From the IMG/VR virus record IMGVR_UViG_3300021430_000595: 64,000 nt of DNA; one strand, written 5' to 3'. The notes beneath the pieces are model-generated. The model did not search any database and had not been told where the DNA came from. It was given only the letters and a program-made list of their open reading frames with translations. This document shows positions 47,584 through 58,785 of the stretch, piece after piece. The stretch comes from a virus. Made by a program: the position numbers and the translations under genes. Position 1 is the first letter of the stretch; every line of letters starts with the position of its first letter.

Positions 47584-48942
47584 ATGAATAGTCAAAACAT
47601 ACTTAAATTTTGGGGTAGTAAATTGGATTTACAACTGGATTCTTCGGAATTTCACGATTACGAAGTATATAAAACCGATTTGGATTACGATGATTTAGTT
47701 TTGGATTTAAATAATAGTATCACCTATACCGGTTTGACTATTAATACCACAGGTCTATCAGATACCGATTGTACCCGAGACACAATATCCCTTGTAGAAT
47801 ATGATAATAGCGTAAATAATAGTGGTTATACGTATTCCGCACTTACTTGGACATTATCATACTCCGCATTAACCAACACATTAAATAATTCGGATATTAT
47901 TTTAGAGAATGACGTTTATAGTTACGAATTGAATGGAAATACCCATTATCTTACAATAGATTCGTATAATGACCCACTTTCTAATCCGTTTTCATTATCA
48001 ACAAGTGGATTTACAACAGGGATAACCGGAGCATCATATTCATGTATTCAAAAACTTGAGGATGAGACTAATTGTTGTCCACAAGACCCAATTCAAAATG
48101 CAAAACCATGGGCGTACCAAATTAATCATGGTGACGGAGCAGACAATTGTAATTACATAGTAAACAGGAGAACGGAAAAAGGTTGGACAATTGATTTGGT
48201 ATTGAATAAAGATAGTAATCCGTGGTCTGATGGTAATATGATTTATTATTTAGGTGTAAGAGGTGAAAATGATTTAGTTGATTATGCCGATAATAATTTA
48301 TCATTTTCATTTAGTGATGACGGCAGGATAGAATGGAGAGCAATCAGATATTCGGGTGTTTGTATAACGGATAGTGGTTACACAGAAACATTTTACACAT
48401 CTTCAGGTCAAACACCGGTGTTATGTACAAATGGAACATCATCAGATTTCAACATAACAATAACATTTGAAAGGGATAAATATTATTTAGATTGTGATAT
48501 TGAAAATAAAGGTGGGTGGAATGATTTAATAACAGGTAAAACACTTTTAACCACAATTAAAGATTGGTTAACAGGTGAAACTCCGACTTACGAATATGTT
48601 GAGACATTAAATAAAAAATGGGCTGACGAAAGAAATCGAAGATTGGGTACTTTAAAAATTTATCTAAACGGTAGAACAATCTATAAAATAAAGAATTGGG
48701 AGGAGGTTATACCCTCAACAAGAGGATATCAACCAATGATACAATCTTGGGCGGGTGGTACTCAATATTCCGGTGGAATACATAACAAAGGAATATCTTG
48801 TTTTAACTTTAAAAGGGTGCAGTACTACGAAGAACCTTTGAATTTCGTGAGAGTTAGACACCACTATTTGGTTGATACTAAACCAAATTACGATATAATT
48901 GAATGTAACGAAGATTGTGTAGACAATGTGGTTGGATTATAA
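47584..48942 (+). CDS. Putative virion protein (beta-rich, possibly LamG-like)
   Basis: GTLKIYLNG; many [ST]GxT motifs; several Cys pairs. Confidence 0.6.
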   Translation: MNSQNILKFWGSKLDLQLDSSEFHDYEVYKTDLDYDDLVLDLNNSITYTGLTINTTGLSDTDCTRDTISLVEYDNSVNNSGYTYSALTWTLSYSALTNTLNNSDIILENDVYSYELNGNTHYLTIDSYNDPLSNPFSLSTSGFTTGITGASYSCIQKLEDETNCCPQDPIQNAKPWAYQINHGDGADNCNYIVNRRTEKGWTIDLVLNKDSNPWSDGNMIYYLGVRGENDLVDYADNNLSFSFSDDGRIEWRAIRYSGVCITDSGYTETFYTSSGQTPVLCTNGTSSDFNITITFERDKYYLDCDIENKGGWNDLITGKTLLTTIKDWLTGETPTYEYVETLNKKWADERNRRLGTLKIYLNGRTIYKIKNWEEVIPSTRGYQPMIQSWAGGTQYSGGIHNKGISCFNFKRVQYYEEPLNFVRVRHHYLVDTKPNYDIIECNEDCVDNVVGL

Positions 48943-48987
48943 AATATCTCTACAAAAAAAGTTAATTATTACATATATTGAAAATTA

Positions 48988-50091
48988 ATGGATACTTTAA
49001 AAATAATATCAAATAACTACAACGGACAGACAGCTGTAATTACATATTATCCAGATACGGGTGGTACAATTAATATCGGTACTGTAACATTACCATATGA
49101 TTATGTTGCACCATATTTTTATGGTACATATTCATTGTTTTTTCCCGCGTTTGGTAGTACGTGTACTCTTTTTGTTGAGGATGAGAGTTGTAATTTCTTA
49201 TTACAAGAAAATGGTGATTTTATTTTTCAAGAAAACTATTATAAGATATGTATTGAACCTATCGCCCCCACACCATCTATCACACCATCTGTGACTCCAA
49301 CACCTACACCAACAAGAACACCTTCAGTTACCCCTTCGGTAACACCATCCATAACACCATCCATTACACCTTCAGTCACCCCAACACCATCAACAAGTGT
49401 AGTTTCAGGTGGTATTGTTACGGATAATCTATTCATGGAATTAGATGCATCAAATTACACAAGTGGTACTTGGACTGACGAGACCGGTAATGGTAATAAT
49501 GCAACAATTAATGGTGCAACTTGGTTATCAACAGATGGTGGTATTTTTGATTTAGATGGTACAAATGATACAATCAGTGTACCTCACGTATCTAATCTAA
49601 GTTTAACAACCACAGGACAAAAAACAGTTCAGGTTTGGGTTAAATTTGACGCATTACCAGCATTGAATGTTCAAGTACCTGTTTTTGGTAAACTATCAAG
49701 TGCATCAGGTTTTGATGGATATTGGGGTGGGTTATTTTCAAATGGTGGTGTTGTTAGATGTGTAACAAATGGTACTGCAGTTCAAAGAATCAGTACATCA
49801 ACATTAACAATAACAACTAACACTTGGTATTTATTTACATTCATATCACAAATAACCGCAACCTCAAATACCACTAAAGTTTATATAAACAATACCGAAT
49901 ACATAACCGCAGCTCACGGTAATGATAGTTATGGGGAAACTAATCCATTCTATTTAGGTTGGATTGGTTCAGGTGTTTCGTCACAATATTTAAACGGAAA
50001 AATAGGTGCGTGTTATTTTTACACAAAAGGTTTAAACACCACAGAAATATCAACAAACTTTAATGCAACTAAAACCAAATATGGTTTATAA
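48988..50091 (+). CDS. Virion fibre/decoration protein: P/T/S linker and LamG/concanavalin-A-like domain
   Basis: LLQENGD motif; (TPS/TPT)n linker; LDASNY..GTWTD..GNGNNAT; TVQVWVK; NTWY; YLNGKIG....Y.K.L...EI..NF. Confidence 0.8.
   Translation: MDTLKIISNNYNGQTAVITYYPDTGGTINIGTVTLPYDYVAPYFYGTYSLFFPAFGSTCTLFVEDESCNFLLQENGDFIFQENYYKICIEPIAPTPSITPSVTPTPTPTRTPSVTPSVTPSITPSITPSVTPTPSTSVVSGGIVTDNLFMELDASNYTSGTWTDETGNGNNATINGATWLSTDGGIFDLDGTNDTISVPHVSNLSLTTTGQKTVQVWVKFDALPALNVQVPVFGKLSSASGFDGYWGGLFSNGGVVRCVTNGTAVQRISTSTLTITTNTWYLFTFISQITATSNTTKVYINNTEYITAAHGNDSYGETNPFYLGWIGSGVSSQYLNGKIGACYFYTKGLNTTEISTNFNATKTKYGL
49267..49395 (+). repeat. Pro-Thr-Ser linker repeat
   Basis: PTPSITPSVTPTPTP... Confidence 0.85.
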
Positions 50092-50112
50092 TTAAAACAA
50101 TATTTATAGAAT

Positions 50113-50784
50113 ATGTCAAACTTACCAATATCTCAATTACCAATAACCCTTACAGCAAATACCGATTCCCAAATTGTGATTGTTGTTGATGGTGTGACAT
50201 GTCAAATGTCAAAAAATGATTTTTTATATAATATACCTAATTTCTCAGGTAACACGGATAATTTTAATGGTTCAACAATGAGAACCATTTATTCGAGAAC
50301 TAATGTAATCACTTATAATGAGGGTGATACTACAGACTTATTTAGTGGTAGTACTAATTTTGGTTCTAGAAATTTTCCCCAATCTTTTTTTACAAATAGT
50401 ATAAATTACAATAATAAAATTGTTTATTTTAGAATTACAGGAAAATGGGGTGGTGAAGATAACTCTCCTGAAATTGATATCACAACTAAATTTGGTAATG
50501 ATACATTATCAACAATAACAATTAGTGGTTCCAACACCATAGGTGCTAATAATCATCCTGCTGAAATTTACGGTGAAATAATTTTTAATGGTGGTAACGC
50601 AATTTGTTGTTATTCTATAGGATGGTGCAATAACACGGGTGATTATAAAAGATATGCTCTTAGTGATGCATCTATACCTATAAGTGTTACCGGATTTACG
50701 GGTGGTGATTTTCAATTAATAATGAATAGTAATACCTCAAATGATTACACATCTTATTTAGGATATATTCAAATTTGGAATTAA
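50113..50784 (+). CDS. Putative tail-fibre-like virion protein
   Basis: N-terminal NLPISQLP; TATTTAT at 50101-50107. Confidence 0.5.
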   Translation: MSNLPISQLPITLTANTDSQIVIVVDGVTCQMSKNDFLYNIPNFSGNTDNFNGSTMRTIYSRTNVITYNEGDTTDLFSGSTNFGSRNFPQSFFTNSINYNNKIVYFRITGKWGGEDNSPEIDITTKFGNDTLSTITISGSNTIGANNHPAEIYGEIIFNGGNAICCYSIGWCNNTGDYKRYALSDASIPISVTGFTGGDFQLIMNSNTSNDYTSYLGYIQIWN

Positions 50785-50795
50785 ATTAATATAAT

Positions 50796-51164
50796 ATGGA
50801 ATTTTTTATAAGACAAGGGTCATCAGAACCAATTTTAAAAATGAAAATGGTTGATGACGGTAAAAACGACAAATCGGGTTTCAATGACAGGTTAGAAAGT
50901 TGTGATATCACCTTAGCTATGTACAACGTGGAAACGGGTGAACCCGAAATATTAAATTCTACCTGTCAAATAACCACAAGAACAAAAAAATATAATCAAA
51001 CCACTGACGAGTATTATATTGTTCACCAATTTACTGAATCTCAGACTTCTAAGGTCGGGAGATATGAGGGTATTATTACAATTCAATTTTTGGATACGAG
51101 TTTAATTCCCACAACCAAGTTGATTTTACCGGTTAAAGAAAAATTGTTTATCACAATATTTTGA
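50796..51164 (+). CDS. BppU-like Ig-fold baseplate protein
   Basis: FFIRQG...PIL; Y.F...T..VGRYEG..TI.F; LILP. Confidence 0.5.
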   Translation: MEFFIRQGSSEPILKMKMVDDGKNDKSGFNDRLESCDITLAMYNVETGEPEILNSTCQITTRTKKYNQTTDEYYIVHQFTESQTSKVGRYEGIITIQFLDTSLIPTTKLILPVKEKLFITIF

Positions 51165-51184
51165 TAAGTCATTTTTAATTCGTA

Positions 51185-51232
51185 TATTTTTGGTAAGACA
51201 AATTATAACATGGTGTTATAAGCGAATGTGTC
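51185..51232 (+). promoter_or_regulatory. Host-type promoter (TATTTTTG) and 5'-UTR hairpin of the DNA polymerase gene
   Basis: TAnnTTTG at 51185-51192; TTATAACA-TGG-TGTTATAA stem at 51203-51221 flanked by GACA/TGTC. Confidence 0.5.
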
Positions 51233-51251
51233 AAACTAAAAATAATACGTT

Positions 51252-54149
51252 ATGTCAGAAGTAATTTCACAAGAAATCATTGAGAGTTTCTTAAACGGTT
51301 GGGACCCCGAACAATACATAGTAGGGGTAGAGTATGATTATCGAACCAACACAATCTACAAAATCATTCAAGACCCTGACAAGGGTAAAGTTGTTAAATC
51401 CGATTCATTCACACCATTTCTATGGGTTGGTGACTTATCAGGTCTGAATTTCTATCAAGGAAACAAATCACTGCAGAAGAAAAAAATGGGTGAGTATGGT
51501 ATTCTTATTGAAAAATTAGATACCCATGGAAATGAAAGATTGGAAAGTGGTCAAAACTATTTGGTAAAAAGTTTGAAGGGTTATTCAGAACTCATAAACT
51601 TTTTTAAACAGGGTGGGATTGACCCATGGGGTGAAAAGTTTAAACCATTCTTTACAATATTATCACCCGTAGAACAGTATCTAATTCAAAAGAAAAAAAG
51701 ACTTTTCAAGGGGATTGATGATTACTCGGGAGTCCATCGATTTGTATTCGATATTGAGACCACAGGTTTAGAGCCTGAAACCAACAACATAATCTTGATT
51801 GGTGTTAAGGATAACCGTGGTCTACATAAAACAATACCGGCATTTGGTGAGGATGGTGAAAAGAAGTGTATTGAGGAGTTTTTCCAAATCATTAAAGACT
51901 TAAAACCAACGATTATTGGTGGTTACAACTCAGCATCATTCGACTTTCCGTTTATATTAAAAAGGGCGGAAATATTAGGTGTTGATATAAGAGAATCAAC
52001 GGCAATATTGACACATGATGGTATAAAACAGAAAGAGGGAGTGTTAAAACTCGCCAATGAAATCGAACCATACACTCAGCACGTTATTTGGGGTCACAAT
52101 ATTGTTGATATTGCACATGCGGTTCGTAGAGCCCAAGCAATCAATTCAGAGATTAAATCTTGGGGTTTGAAATATATTACCCAATATCTTGAAAAAGAGA
52201 AACCTAATCGAGTTTATGTAGATGGTGCGTTTATTTCCAAAATCTATTTAGATAATCATAGTTACTATGTGAACCCTAAAACGGGTAAATACAAAAAAAT
52301 AGGTGAACCCGGAACTGAAAATCTATTAGATAGATATCCCGGTAAATATGAAATATGGCCAGGTCAAAGAATTATCGAACAATATCTTGATGATGACTTG
52401 TATGAAACCATGATTGTGGACGATTCATTCTCTCAATCAACATTCTTACTATCAAAGCTAGTACCAACAACTTACGAAAGAATCGCAACTATGGGTACTG
52501 CCACATTATGGAAAATCATCATGTTGGCGTGGTCTTACGAAAATAACTTAGCGATTCCCGCAAAAGATGAAAAAAGAGCAATTACAGGTGGTTTATCCCG
52601 ATTGTTAAATGTGGGTTATGCAAAGAACATCGTTAAATTTGACTATGCATCACTTTATCCATCAATTCAACTTGTATATGATGTATTCCCTGAGTGTGAC
52701 GTAATGGGTGTACAGAAATCGATGTTAAAGTACTTCCGTAATATTCGTATCAAATACAAACGTCTTGCTGGTGAACTTAAAGATAAAGACCCGGTACAAG
52801 CGGAAATGTATGACCGTAAACAATTACCAATTAAGATTTTCATCAACGCATATTTTGGTTCATTATCCGCACCACAGGTATTCCCATGGGGTGATATGAA
52901 TAAAGGTGAAACAATCACATGTACAGGTCGTCAATGTCTTCGTATGATGATTATGTTTTTCGAGAAGAAAGGTTACAAACCACTGGTAATGGACACGGAC
53001 GGTGTGAACTTCTCAACTCCTGATAATGTGCAAGACCACGTTTATATCGGTAAAGGTTATAATGAATTGGTTGAGGAGGGGAAGGAATATCGTGGTATTG
53101 AGGCCGACACCGCAGAATTTAATGATACGTTTATGAGAAATGAGATGGGTCTTGATATTGATTATACTGCACCGGCTTGTATTAATGTATCAAGAAAAAA
53201 TTACATCATCAAATTACTCAAAAAAGGTAAAGAAAAAATCAAATTAACGGGTAACACAATCAAATCTAAGAAGTTACAACAATACATTGTTGAATTCTTA
53301 GATGAAGGATTAAAACATCTTTTAAATGGTGATGGTTTATCTTTTGTTGAACTTTATTACAGATATGTTGAACAAATATATAATAAACAGATTCCATTAT
53401 CTAAGATTGCGAATAAATCTCGTGTTAAACAGTCTGTAGATGACTACAAAAAACACATCAAGAAAACAACTAAGGCGGGTTCTTTGATGTCAAGACAAGC
53501 TCACATGGAGTTAATTATTCAAAATAATTATCCTGCAACTCTTGGTGAGACGATTTATTATATCAATAATGGTGTGAAGAAGTCTGACGGTGATGTTCAA
53601 AAGATAACAAAACCGACAAAGAAACAACAAGAAGAACATATGAAACAATATGGTATTCCAATGCAACCAAATCATATTGAAATTAATTGTTATATGGTAT
53701 CAGAAAGGGATTTAACAACCAACCCTGATATGACAGGAGATTATAATGTTGCACGTTATTTAACCAACTTCAATAAGAGAATAGAACCTCTTTTAGTTGT
53801 GTTTAGTCCTGAGATTAGACAAGATATTTTAGTTGAAAATCCCGCAGATAGACAATACTTCACAAAAAGTCAATGTGAGTTAGTTAGTGGATTCCCATTA
53901 AAAGAGGATGGTCAAGACAAATATGATGAGGTTATGACTCTTTCTGATAGTGAAGTACTATTTTGGAATAGAGTGAATAGAGACCCATTCTTTATGTACG
54001 TTGAGGACAGTCTAAAACTTGCTGACCCTTATTGGGTTGAACACAACAGAAAAGTTGTTTCTTTAGAAGCTAACAGTATAAAGAGTAACGAGGACGAAAT
54101 AATCGAAAACAATGGTAATGATTATGCGTACCACGCAACCAATATTTAG
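51252..54149 (+). CDS. polB: Family B DNA polymerase
   Basis: ExoI FDIETTG, ExoII YNSASFDFPF, DYASLYPSI, K..IN.YFG, MDTDG, KNY. Confidence 0.95.
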   Translation: MSEVISQEIIESFLNGWDPEQYIVGVEYDYRTNTIYKIIQDPDKGKVVKSDSFTPFLWVGDLSGLNFYQGNKSLQKKKMGEYGILIEKLDTHGNERLESGQNYLVKSLKGYSELINFFKQGGIDPWGEKFKPFFTILSPVEQYLIQKKKRLFKGIDDYSGVHRFVFDIETTGLEPETNNIILIGVKDNRGLHKTIPAFGEDGEKKCIEEFFQIIKDLKPTIIGGYNSASFDFPFILKRAEILGVDIRESTAILTHDGIKQKEGVLKLANEIEPYTQHVIWGHNIVDIAHAVRRAQAINSEIKSWGLKYITQYLEKEKPNRVYVDGAFISKIYLDNHSYYVNPKTGKYKKIGEPGTENLLDRYPGKYEIWPGQRIIEQYLDDDLYETMIVDDSFSQSTFLLSKLVPTTYERIATMGTATLWKIIMLAWSYENNLAIPAKDEKRAITGGLSRLLNVGYAKNIVKFDYASLYPSIQLVYDVFPECDVMGVQKSMLKYFRNIRIKYKRLAGELKDKDPVQAEMYDRKQLPIKIFINAYFGSLSAPQVFPWGDMNKGETITCTGRQCLRMMIMFFEKKGYKPLVMDTDGVNFSTPDNVQDHVYIGKGYNELVEEGKEYRGIEADTAEFNDTFMRNEMGLDIDYTAPACINVSRKNYIIKLLKKGKEKIKLTGNTIKSKKLQQYIVEFLDEGLKHLLNGDGLSFVELYYRYVEQIYNKQIPLSKIANKSRVKQSVDDYKKHIKKTTKAGSLMSRQAHMELIIQNNYPATLGETIYYINNGVKKSDGDVQKITKPTKKQQEEHMKQYGIPMQPNHIEINCYMVSERDLTTNPDMTGDYNVARYLTNFNKRIEPLLVVFSPEIRQDILVENPADRQYFTKSQCELVSGFPLKEDGQDKYDEVMTLSDSEVLFWNRVNRDPFFMYVEDSLKLADPYWVEHNRKVVSLEANSIKSNEDEIIENNGNDYAYHATNI

Positions 54150-55264
54150 ATTACGTTAAATGGTGATTGGAAAGGTCTGAACTTTAAAGCCTTGTTTAGG
54201 TTTTCTGCTTCATTGGCCTTTCTTTCCATCATTTTATCCGGTCTTAGTCTTTCCAATCTCCCCATTAGTTCCTCAATTAATTTCAATTTCTCATCTTTAC
54301 CTTCGGTCAGTAGGGTGCTGTAATCTAATTTAATAGAACTGTCAGGTACTTGTAAATCACCTGAGAATTTACCCCAAATTCTACCTAAACCTTCTTTTGA
54401 GTAAGCAATAAGGTATTTTCTAACCCAATTCTGTGCGGGTTTATTTAACATATCCCAAGTCAATTCTTCGGTATCAACATCTGAAGGTAATTTAACTATA
54501 CCACTATTTTTATCTAAACAAGTGTCAGTACCTGTTGTATCATAATACCAATACCAAACTTTACTTCTATTGTTTTGTATTGAACCAAAATCAAAACGAC
54601 CACCCGGTACATTATAAAGATGCACAACCTTTGTTCCATTAGGTCCGGCAGTTATTCTGTATGTTAAATCACCACCAATTAGTCGGTTTTTAATATTTCT
54701 ATCACCCATCCTTAACAATAAGTCATATGCTGGTAATAGGAAATATGAACCTGACGCTCCTTGTTGTGCAAAACCACCAACACCACCAAATGCAACACCA
54801 CCAAGACCACCAAATCCACCTAAGAATGGGTCAACAATAGAGTCGGTTAATTCCGCTCTTGTGAACCATAAAAGTTCATTTATTTCTCTTCCGGCAGGAA
54901 TAATATATGTTTGAGTGTTTGCCGATAATTCAATATAATCTTTTTTTAACTCACTATCACCACCTGTTTGTAAACCAACAATTTTTGAATATGGGTGTGT
55001 ATATTGTGTCTCATAATCTAAACTTCTTGTTGTAAATGCTCTTGTTAATGACTGAGTATCAACATCAAGACCCGCTAATGCAGACCATTGTGATTCAATC
55101 AACCAATCACTCACATACTGTTCATATTCCGATAGAGAAAGTTCTAAAAACGTGTCCATTTGTTCCTCGGTTAATTCAACCCCTCTAACGGGTAAACCAA
55201 GTAAATGAAACACTTGTGTGTATAATTTTTGTTTTTCGGTATTTGAAATTACGGTTGTGCTCAT
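54146..55264 (-). CDS. Neck/head-completion protein (T4 gp13-like)
   Basis: LGLPV..VELT.EQ; WVRKY..A..KE.LG.I.GKF.G...P; TATTTAT at 55280-55286. Confidence 0.75.
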   Translation of the reverse strand: MSTTVISNTEKQKLYTQVFHLLGLPVRGVELTEEQMDTFLELSLSEYEQYVSDWLIESQWSALAGLDVDTQSLTRAFTTRSLDYETQYTHPYSKIVGLQTGGDSELKKDYIELSANTQTYIIPAGREINELLWFTRAELTDSIVDPFLGGFGGLGGVAFGGVGGFAQQGASGSYFLLPAYDLLLRMGDRNIKNRLIGGDLTYRITAGPNGTKVVHLYNVPGGRFDFGSIQNNRSKVWYWYYDTTGTDTCLDKNSGIVKLPSDVDTEELTWDMLNKPAQNWVRKYLIAYSKEGLGRIWGKFSGDLQVPDSSIKLDYSTLLTEGKDEKLKLIEELMGRLERLRPDKMMERKANEAENLNKALKFRPFQSPFNVI

Positions 55265-55319
55265 GATTTTGTTTTATCAATAAATATCCGTATATTTGTC
55301 TTATATAACTCATAATTTA

Positions 55320-56486
55320 ATGTTCCCAATAAATGTAAAAAAAAATATTCATTCACACTTTGTACAAATAACAAGTTTTAGTGGTCCGAACAAGAGAAAA
55401 TTCCTAAAATCATGGGAGGAATTGTGTAAGGAAATTTATTCTGAATACAATCAGTATGGTTTCTGCCATAAAAATAATACAACAGGGGTTTTAACTCCAA
55501 GAGGTAATTGGTCTCCTTTGAACCAATTCAACACAAACTATACAATAAACGTCGAATTATCCGAAAAAATAAACGAATGGATTATGAACGACCATATTTT
55601 CAGGGGAGTTCAAGAAATAGACGGTAAGGAAGTGAAACAGATTACATTTGATAAAACCGAATACCCCAATTCTGACGATTATGTTAGTGATGAGATTGAT
55701 AACTATTTCTTTTGGTTAAGGTATTATCGTAATAGGATTTTTATTGACCAAAATAATATGGGTCAAAGTGATTTTCTTTACTCTTTATTTGAAACGGCAT
55801 CCAAAACACTTGGTTCGGGCACATATGGTGAGTTTTGTATTGAATATTTTTATAAGAAAAAATTTCCATTTTCTAACATTTTTAGAACATCAGTTAAAAG
55901 AGGAGATTTAACCGATATGATTGGTGGTTGTGATTTGTTTATTTATGACAAAGATGACCCGAGTATCATAAAGAAATTTCAATCTAAACTAATCAGGATT
56001 GACAATAATAACGTGTTTAAAAAACACATAGACATAAACACTTACATAAAGAAAGGTATAGACTATCTGGTTTTAGTTGAATTAAACTATGACTTTAAAT
56101 ATGGAAGTATCAATCCTAATAAAATGATATTTCTAAGGATTGATGAAGATATGTTAATTAAATTAATAGATGGATATACTTACAACAAAGAAAATTTAAT
56201 TATGCAAGAAAAAATTGACGATATATTTCATTCACAAGTATTTTTCGAATTCTTTATATATTGCACAAAGAATGATGTTGAATTCTCTCTTGAGGTTGGT
56301 GATGAGACATCTTTTGATTTTAAAGAAGAAGAAAGAAAGATAAACGTAATCTTACCTAAAGAGAGTAAAAATTTTAACCCAAACGAAATTAAGGACGTTT
56401 GGATTAAAATTATTGAATCAATAACAACAAAAGAGGAAGATAAAAAATCTATGTTGAATAAATTAGAGTATCTCTTTAAGGATTGA
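55320..56486 (+). CDS. Hypothetical protein, possible PD-(D/E)xK-type nuclease
   Basis: G..GE....F...D..GG.D......FQSK pattern; TATATTTG at 55291-55298; likely start is ATG 55320. Confidence 0.45.
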   Translation: MFPINVKKNIHSHFVQITSFSGPNKRKFLKSWEELCKEIYSEYNQYGFCHKNNTTGVLTPRGNWSPLNQFNTNYTINVELSEKINEWIMNDHIFRGVQEIDGKEVKQITFDKTEYPNSDDYVSDEIDNYFFWLRYYRNRIFIDQNNMGQSDFLYSLFETASKTLGSGTYGEFCIEYFYKKKFPFSNIFRTSVKRGDLTDMIGGCDLFIYDKDDPSIIKKFQSKLIRIDNNNVFKKHIDINTYIKKGIDYLVLVELNYDFKYGSINPNKMIFLRIDEDMLIKLIDGYTYNKENLIMQEKIDDIFHSQVFFEFFIYCTKNDVEFSLEVGDETSFDFKEEERKINVILPKESKNFNPNEIKDVWIKIIESITTKEEDKKSMLNKLEYLFKD

Positions 56487-58217
56487 TTCCGCAAAACTTT
56501 CAGAGAACTCACCGTCACCCATCACTTGGTCAATAATATTCTTTTTCTTTTGTAACATATTGTATACAATTCTTTCAATTGTATTTTCAAATATTGGATA
56601 ATACACCAAGACGTTTTTCTTTTGTCCATATCTGAACGCCCTATCTTCCGCTTGACTATGGTGAGCTGGTACAAATGACAAATCGTTCATAATAACAACT
56701 TCAGCTTCAGTTAAGGTAATACCAACACCACCGGCCACAATATTTGAAATGAATAATTTTATTTTCTTTTCATTCTGAAATCTATCAACTGACTGTTGTC
56801 TTTTTTCTTTAGACATTCTACCATCTAAAACAACAGAATTTTTTTTGTACTTTTCATGCAACATGTCTAAGGTTGAGGTGAAATTTGTAAAGACAATTAC
56901 TTTCTTATCTTGTTCCAAACATTTATCAATTAATTCACATGTGTAATTAACCTTTTCCTGTGCAATTATTTGTCTAATTTTCATTAAACGATTAATAGTC
57001 ACAGAAAGTGATTCTTTATGTTTATTTTCACTAGTAATTCTCATGAATTCTTCCAATTCTTCATCATAAAAAGTACTTTTTAAATCCAAGAATACAGGTG
57101 CAATAATTTTATCAGGTAAATCCAAGATATCGGTCTTCATTCTTCTTAAAACAAGGTTTTTAGTCCTCATTCTAAGTTCATCTAAATTAGTTGCACCGTC
57201 AGTTTTCCAAATCTTCTTTTTGTTTACAGTAAATTGGTAACCACCACAGTATCTTTTTACATATGATTGCCAATTTAAAGTTACATTTGAATTTACGATT
57301 CTCAAAAGATTATAGAAATTGATTGGTCGGGATGTCATCGGAGTACCGGTTAACAACCAAACTTTCGGGATTGTCTTTAGAATATCATTAATAAGTTTTG
57401 TTCGTTGTGCGGTATTGTTTGAAATATAGTGAGCCTCATCAACTATTGCTAAATCAAACTTTTCATTAAGAATTTGGTTGTTTCTTTCTTCACCTATTTC
57501 AGGTTCACCAATTGTGTGGTAGTTTTTCACAATATCATAGTTGATTATATAATAATCAAACGTAGAACCCCATTTTCTACCCTCAACAATCAATGTTTTT
57601 CTGTTAGAATAGTTTTCAATCTCTCTCTGCCAGTTTATTTTTAATGTTGCGGGACAAATGATTAAAATCTTTTTAGCACCACTTTCCAATGATGCGATGA
57701 TTGCAGACGTTGTTTTACCTAAACCCATATCATCAGCAAGGATATACTTGTCATTCGCCAATAATTTCTCAATCGCAACCTTTTGGTGAGGTAATGGGGG
57801 TCTTTTAGAATAAGGACTGTAGTCAACTTCTCTATTTAATTTCTTCTCCTCTTGAATGATTGCAAATTTAGGTAACCACATTGCGTGGTTTTTTTCAGTA
57901 TCTATAACTCTACCCCAAATATGGTAAGCCATGTCACTTTCACATAGTAATTTTTCACACCATATTTTATCAGGTACTTTAGTTAGGTGTTTTGATTGCA
58001 TCAATTTCTCACCGAAATTTTCAACAATCGAGATATATTTTTTTGCAACACGAGGAACTACCTCATGGTATTTCAGAACATATTCAGCTTGTGGACGAGT
58101 AAGTTGAAAATTTTTCATTTCCTCAAACTTTTTCTTCCATTCGAGCAATTGGTTATTAAAACCTTGGTATCTATTTAATATGTCCCTAGCTTCTATTTCA
58201 GGAATGTTAGTCTGCAT
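56463..58217 (-). CDS. SNF2-family (HARP/SMARCAL1-like) helicase
   Basis: LADDMGLGKT, ICPA.LK.NW, DEAH, LTGTP, GVGITLT, QAEDRA.R.GQ. Likely start is ATG 58217. Confidence 0.92.
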   Translation of the reverse strand: MQTNIPEIEARDILNRYQGFNNQLLEWKKKFEEMKNFQLTRPQAEYVLKYHEVVPRVAKKYISIVENFGEKLMQSKHLTKVPDKIWCEKLLCESDMAYHIWGRVIDTEKNHAMWLPKFAIIQEEKKLNREVDYSPYSKRPPLPHQKVAIEKLLANDKYILADDMGLGKTTSAIIASLESGAKKILIICPATLKINWQREIENYSNRKTLIVEGRKWGSTFDYYIINYDIVKNYHTIGEPEIGEERNNQILNEKFDLAIVDEAHYISNNTAQRTKLINDILKTIPKVWLLTGTPMTSRPINFYNLLRIVNSNVTLNWQSYVKRYCGGYQFTVNKKKIWKTDGATNLDELRMRTKNLVLRRMKTDILDLPDKIIAPVFLDLKSTFYDEELEEFMRITSENKHKESLSVTINRLMKIRQIIAQEKVNYTCELIDKCLEQDKKVIVFTNFTSTLDMLHEKYKKNSVVLDGRMSKEKRQQSVDRFQNEKKIKLFISNIVAGGVGITLTEAEVVIMNDLSFVPAHHSQAEDRAFRYGQKKNVLVYYPIFENTIERIVYNMLQKKKNIIDQVMGDGEFSESFAESILKEIL

Positions 58218-58270
58218 ACAATACTTTAAATATAAAGAAATAGATTCAATAATGGAACTATTTATATGAT

Positions 58271-58783
58271 ATGAAAAATAAATTACCAATCACAAGAATT
58301 AGTAAATTTTGGTCACAAACAGACTTTGACCTTAATATTCAAATGGGTGAAGAATATCTTCATGGTGATTTGGGTATGAAATTGGTACTATTTAGAGTAG
58401 ACAGACAAAAAACTGATACTGACAACGTTTATGGTGAAGTGGGTAAAGACCAAATAAAGTTTTTACCACCTGTTGAATTTTATGGTCTAGTTAAAATAGA
58501 TGAACCTAAAAATAATTCATATAATAAGGGTGTAAATAGATACTTAGAACCCGGTAATATGACATTATCCGTTTACTTGAAACATCTTCAAGAGTTGGAT
58601 ATTGATATTAGATACGGTGATTTTATCGGATACCCCGAATCTGAGGAAAAAATTAGATATTACACCGTAACAAACGATGGGAAAGTAACATCAGATAATA
58701 AACACAATATGTTTGGTTATAAACCTTTCTATAGAACAATAACGTGTGTACCAGCACAAGAATCTGAATTTAGAGGAATTTAA
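58271..58783 (+). CDS. Head-closure/neck protein (gp14-like)
   Basis: VYGE....KF.PPVE; next to the gp15-like and sheath genes; TATTTAT at 58259-58265. Confidence 0.55.
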   Translation: MKNKLPITRISKFWSQTDFDLNIQMGEEYLHGDLGMKLVLFRVDRQKTDTDNVYGEVGKDQIKFLPPVEFYGLVKIDEPKNNSYNKGVNRYLEPGNMTLSVYLKHLQELDIDIRYGDFIGYPESEEKIRYYTVTNDGKVTSDNKHNMFGYKPFYRTITCVPAQESEFRGI

Positions 58784-58785
58784 TT

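Noticed and set aside
18858-54149. Inteins in terminase, capsid or PolB
   Set aside because: No C/S...HN-C/S/T splice motifs or LAGLIDADG blocks; conserved motifs are normally spaced
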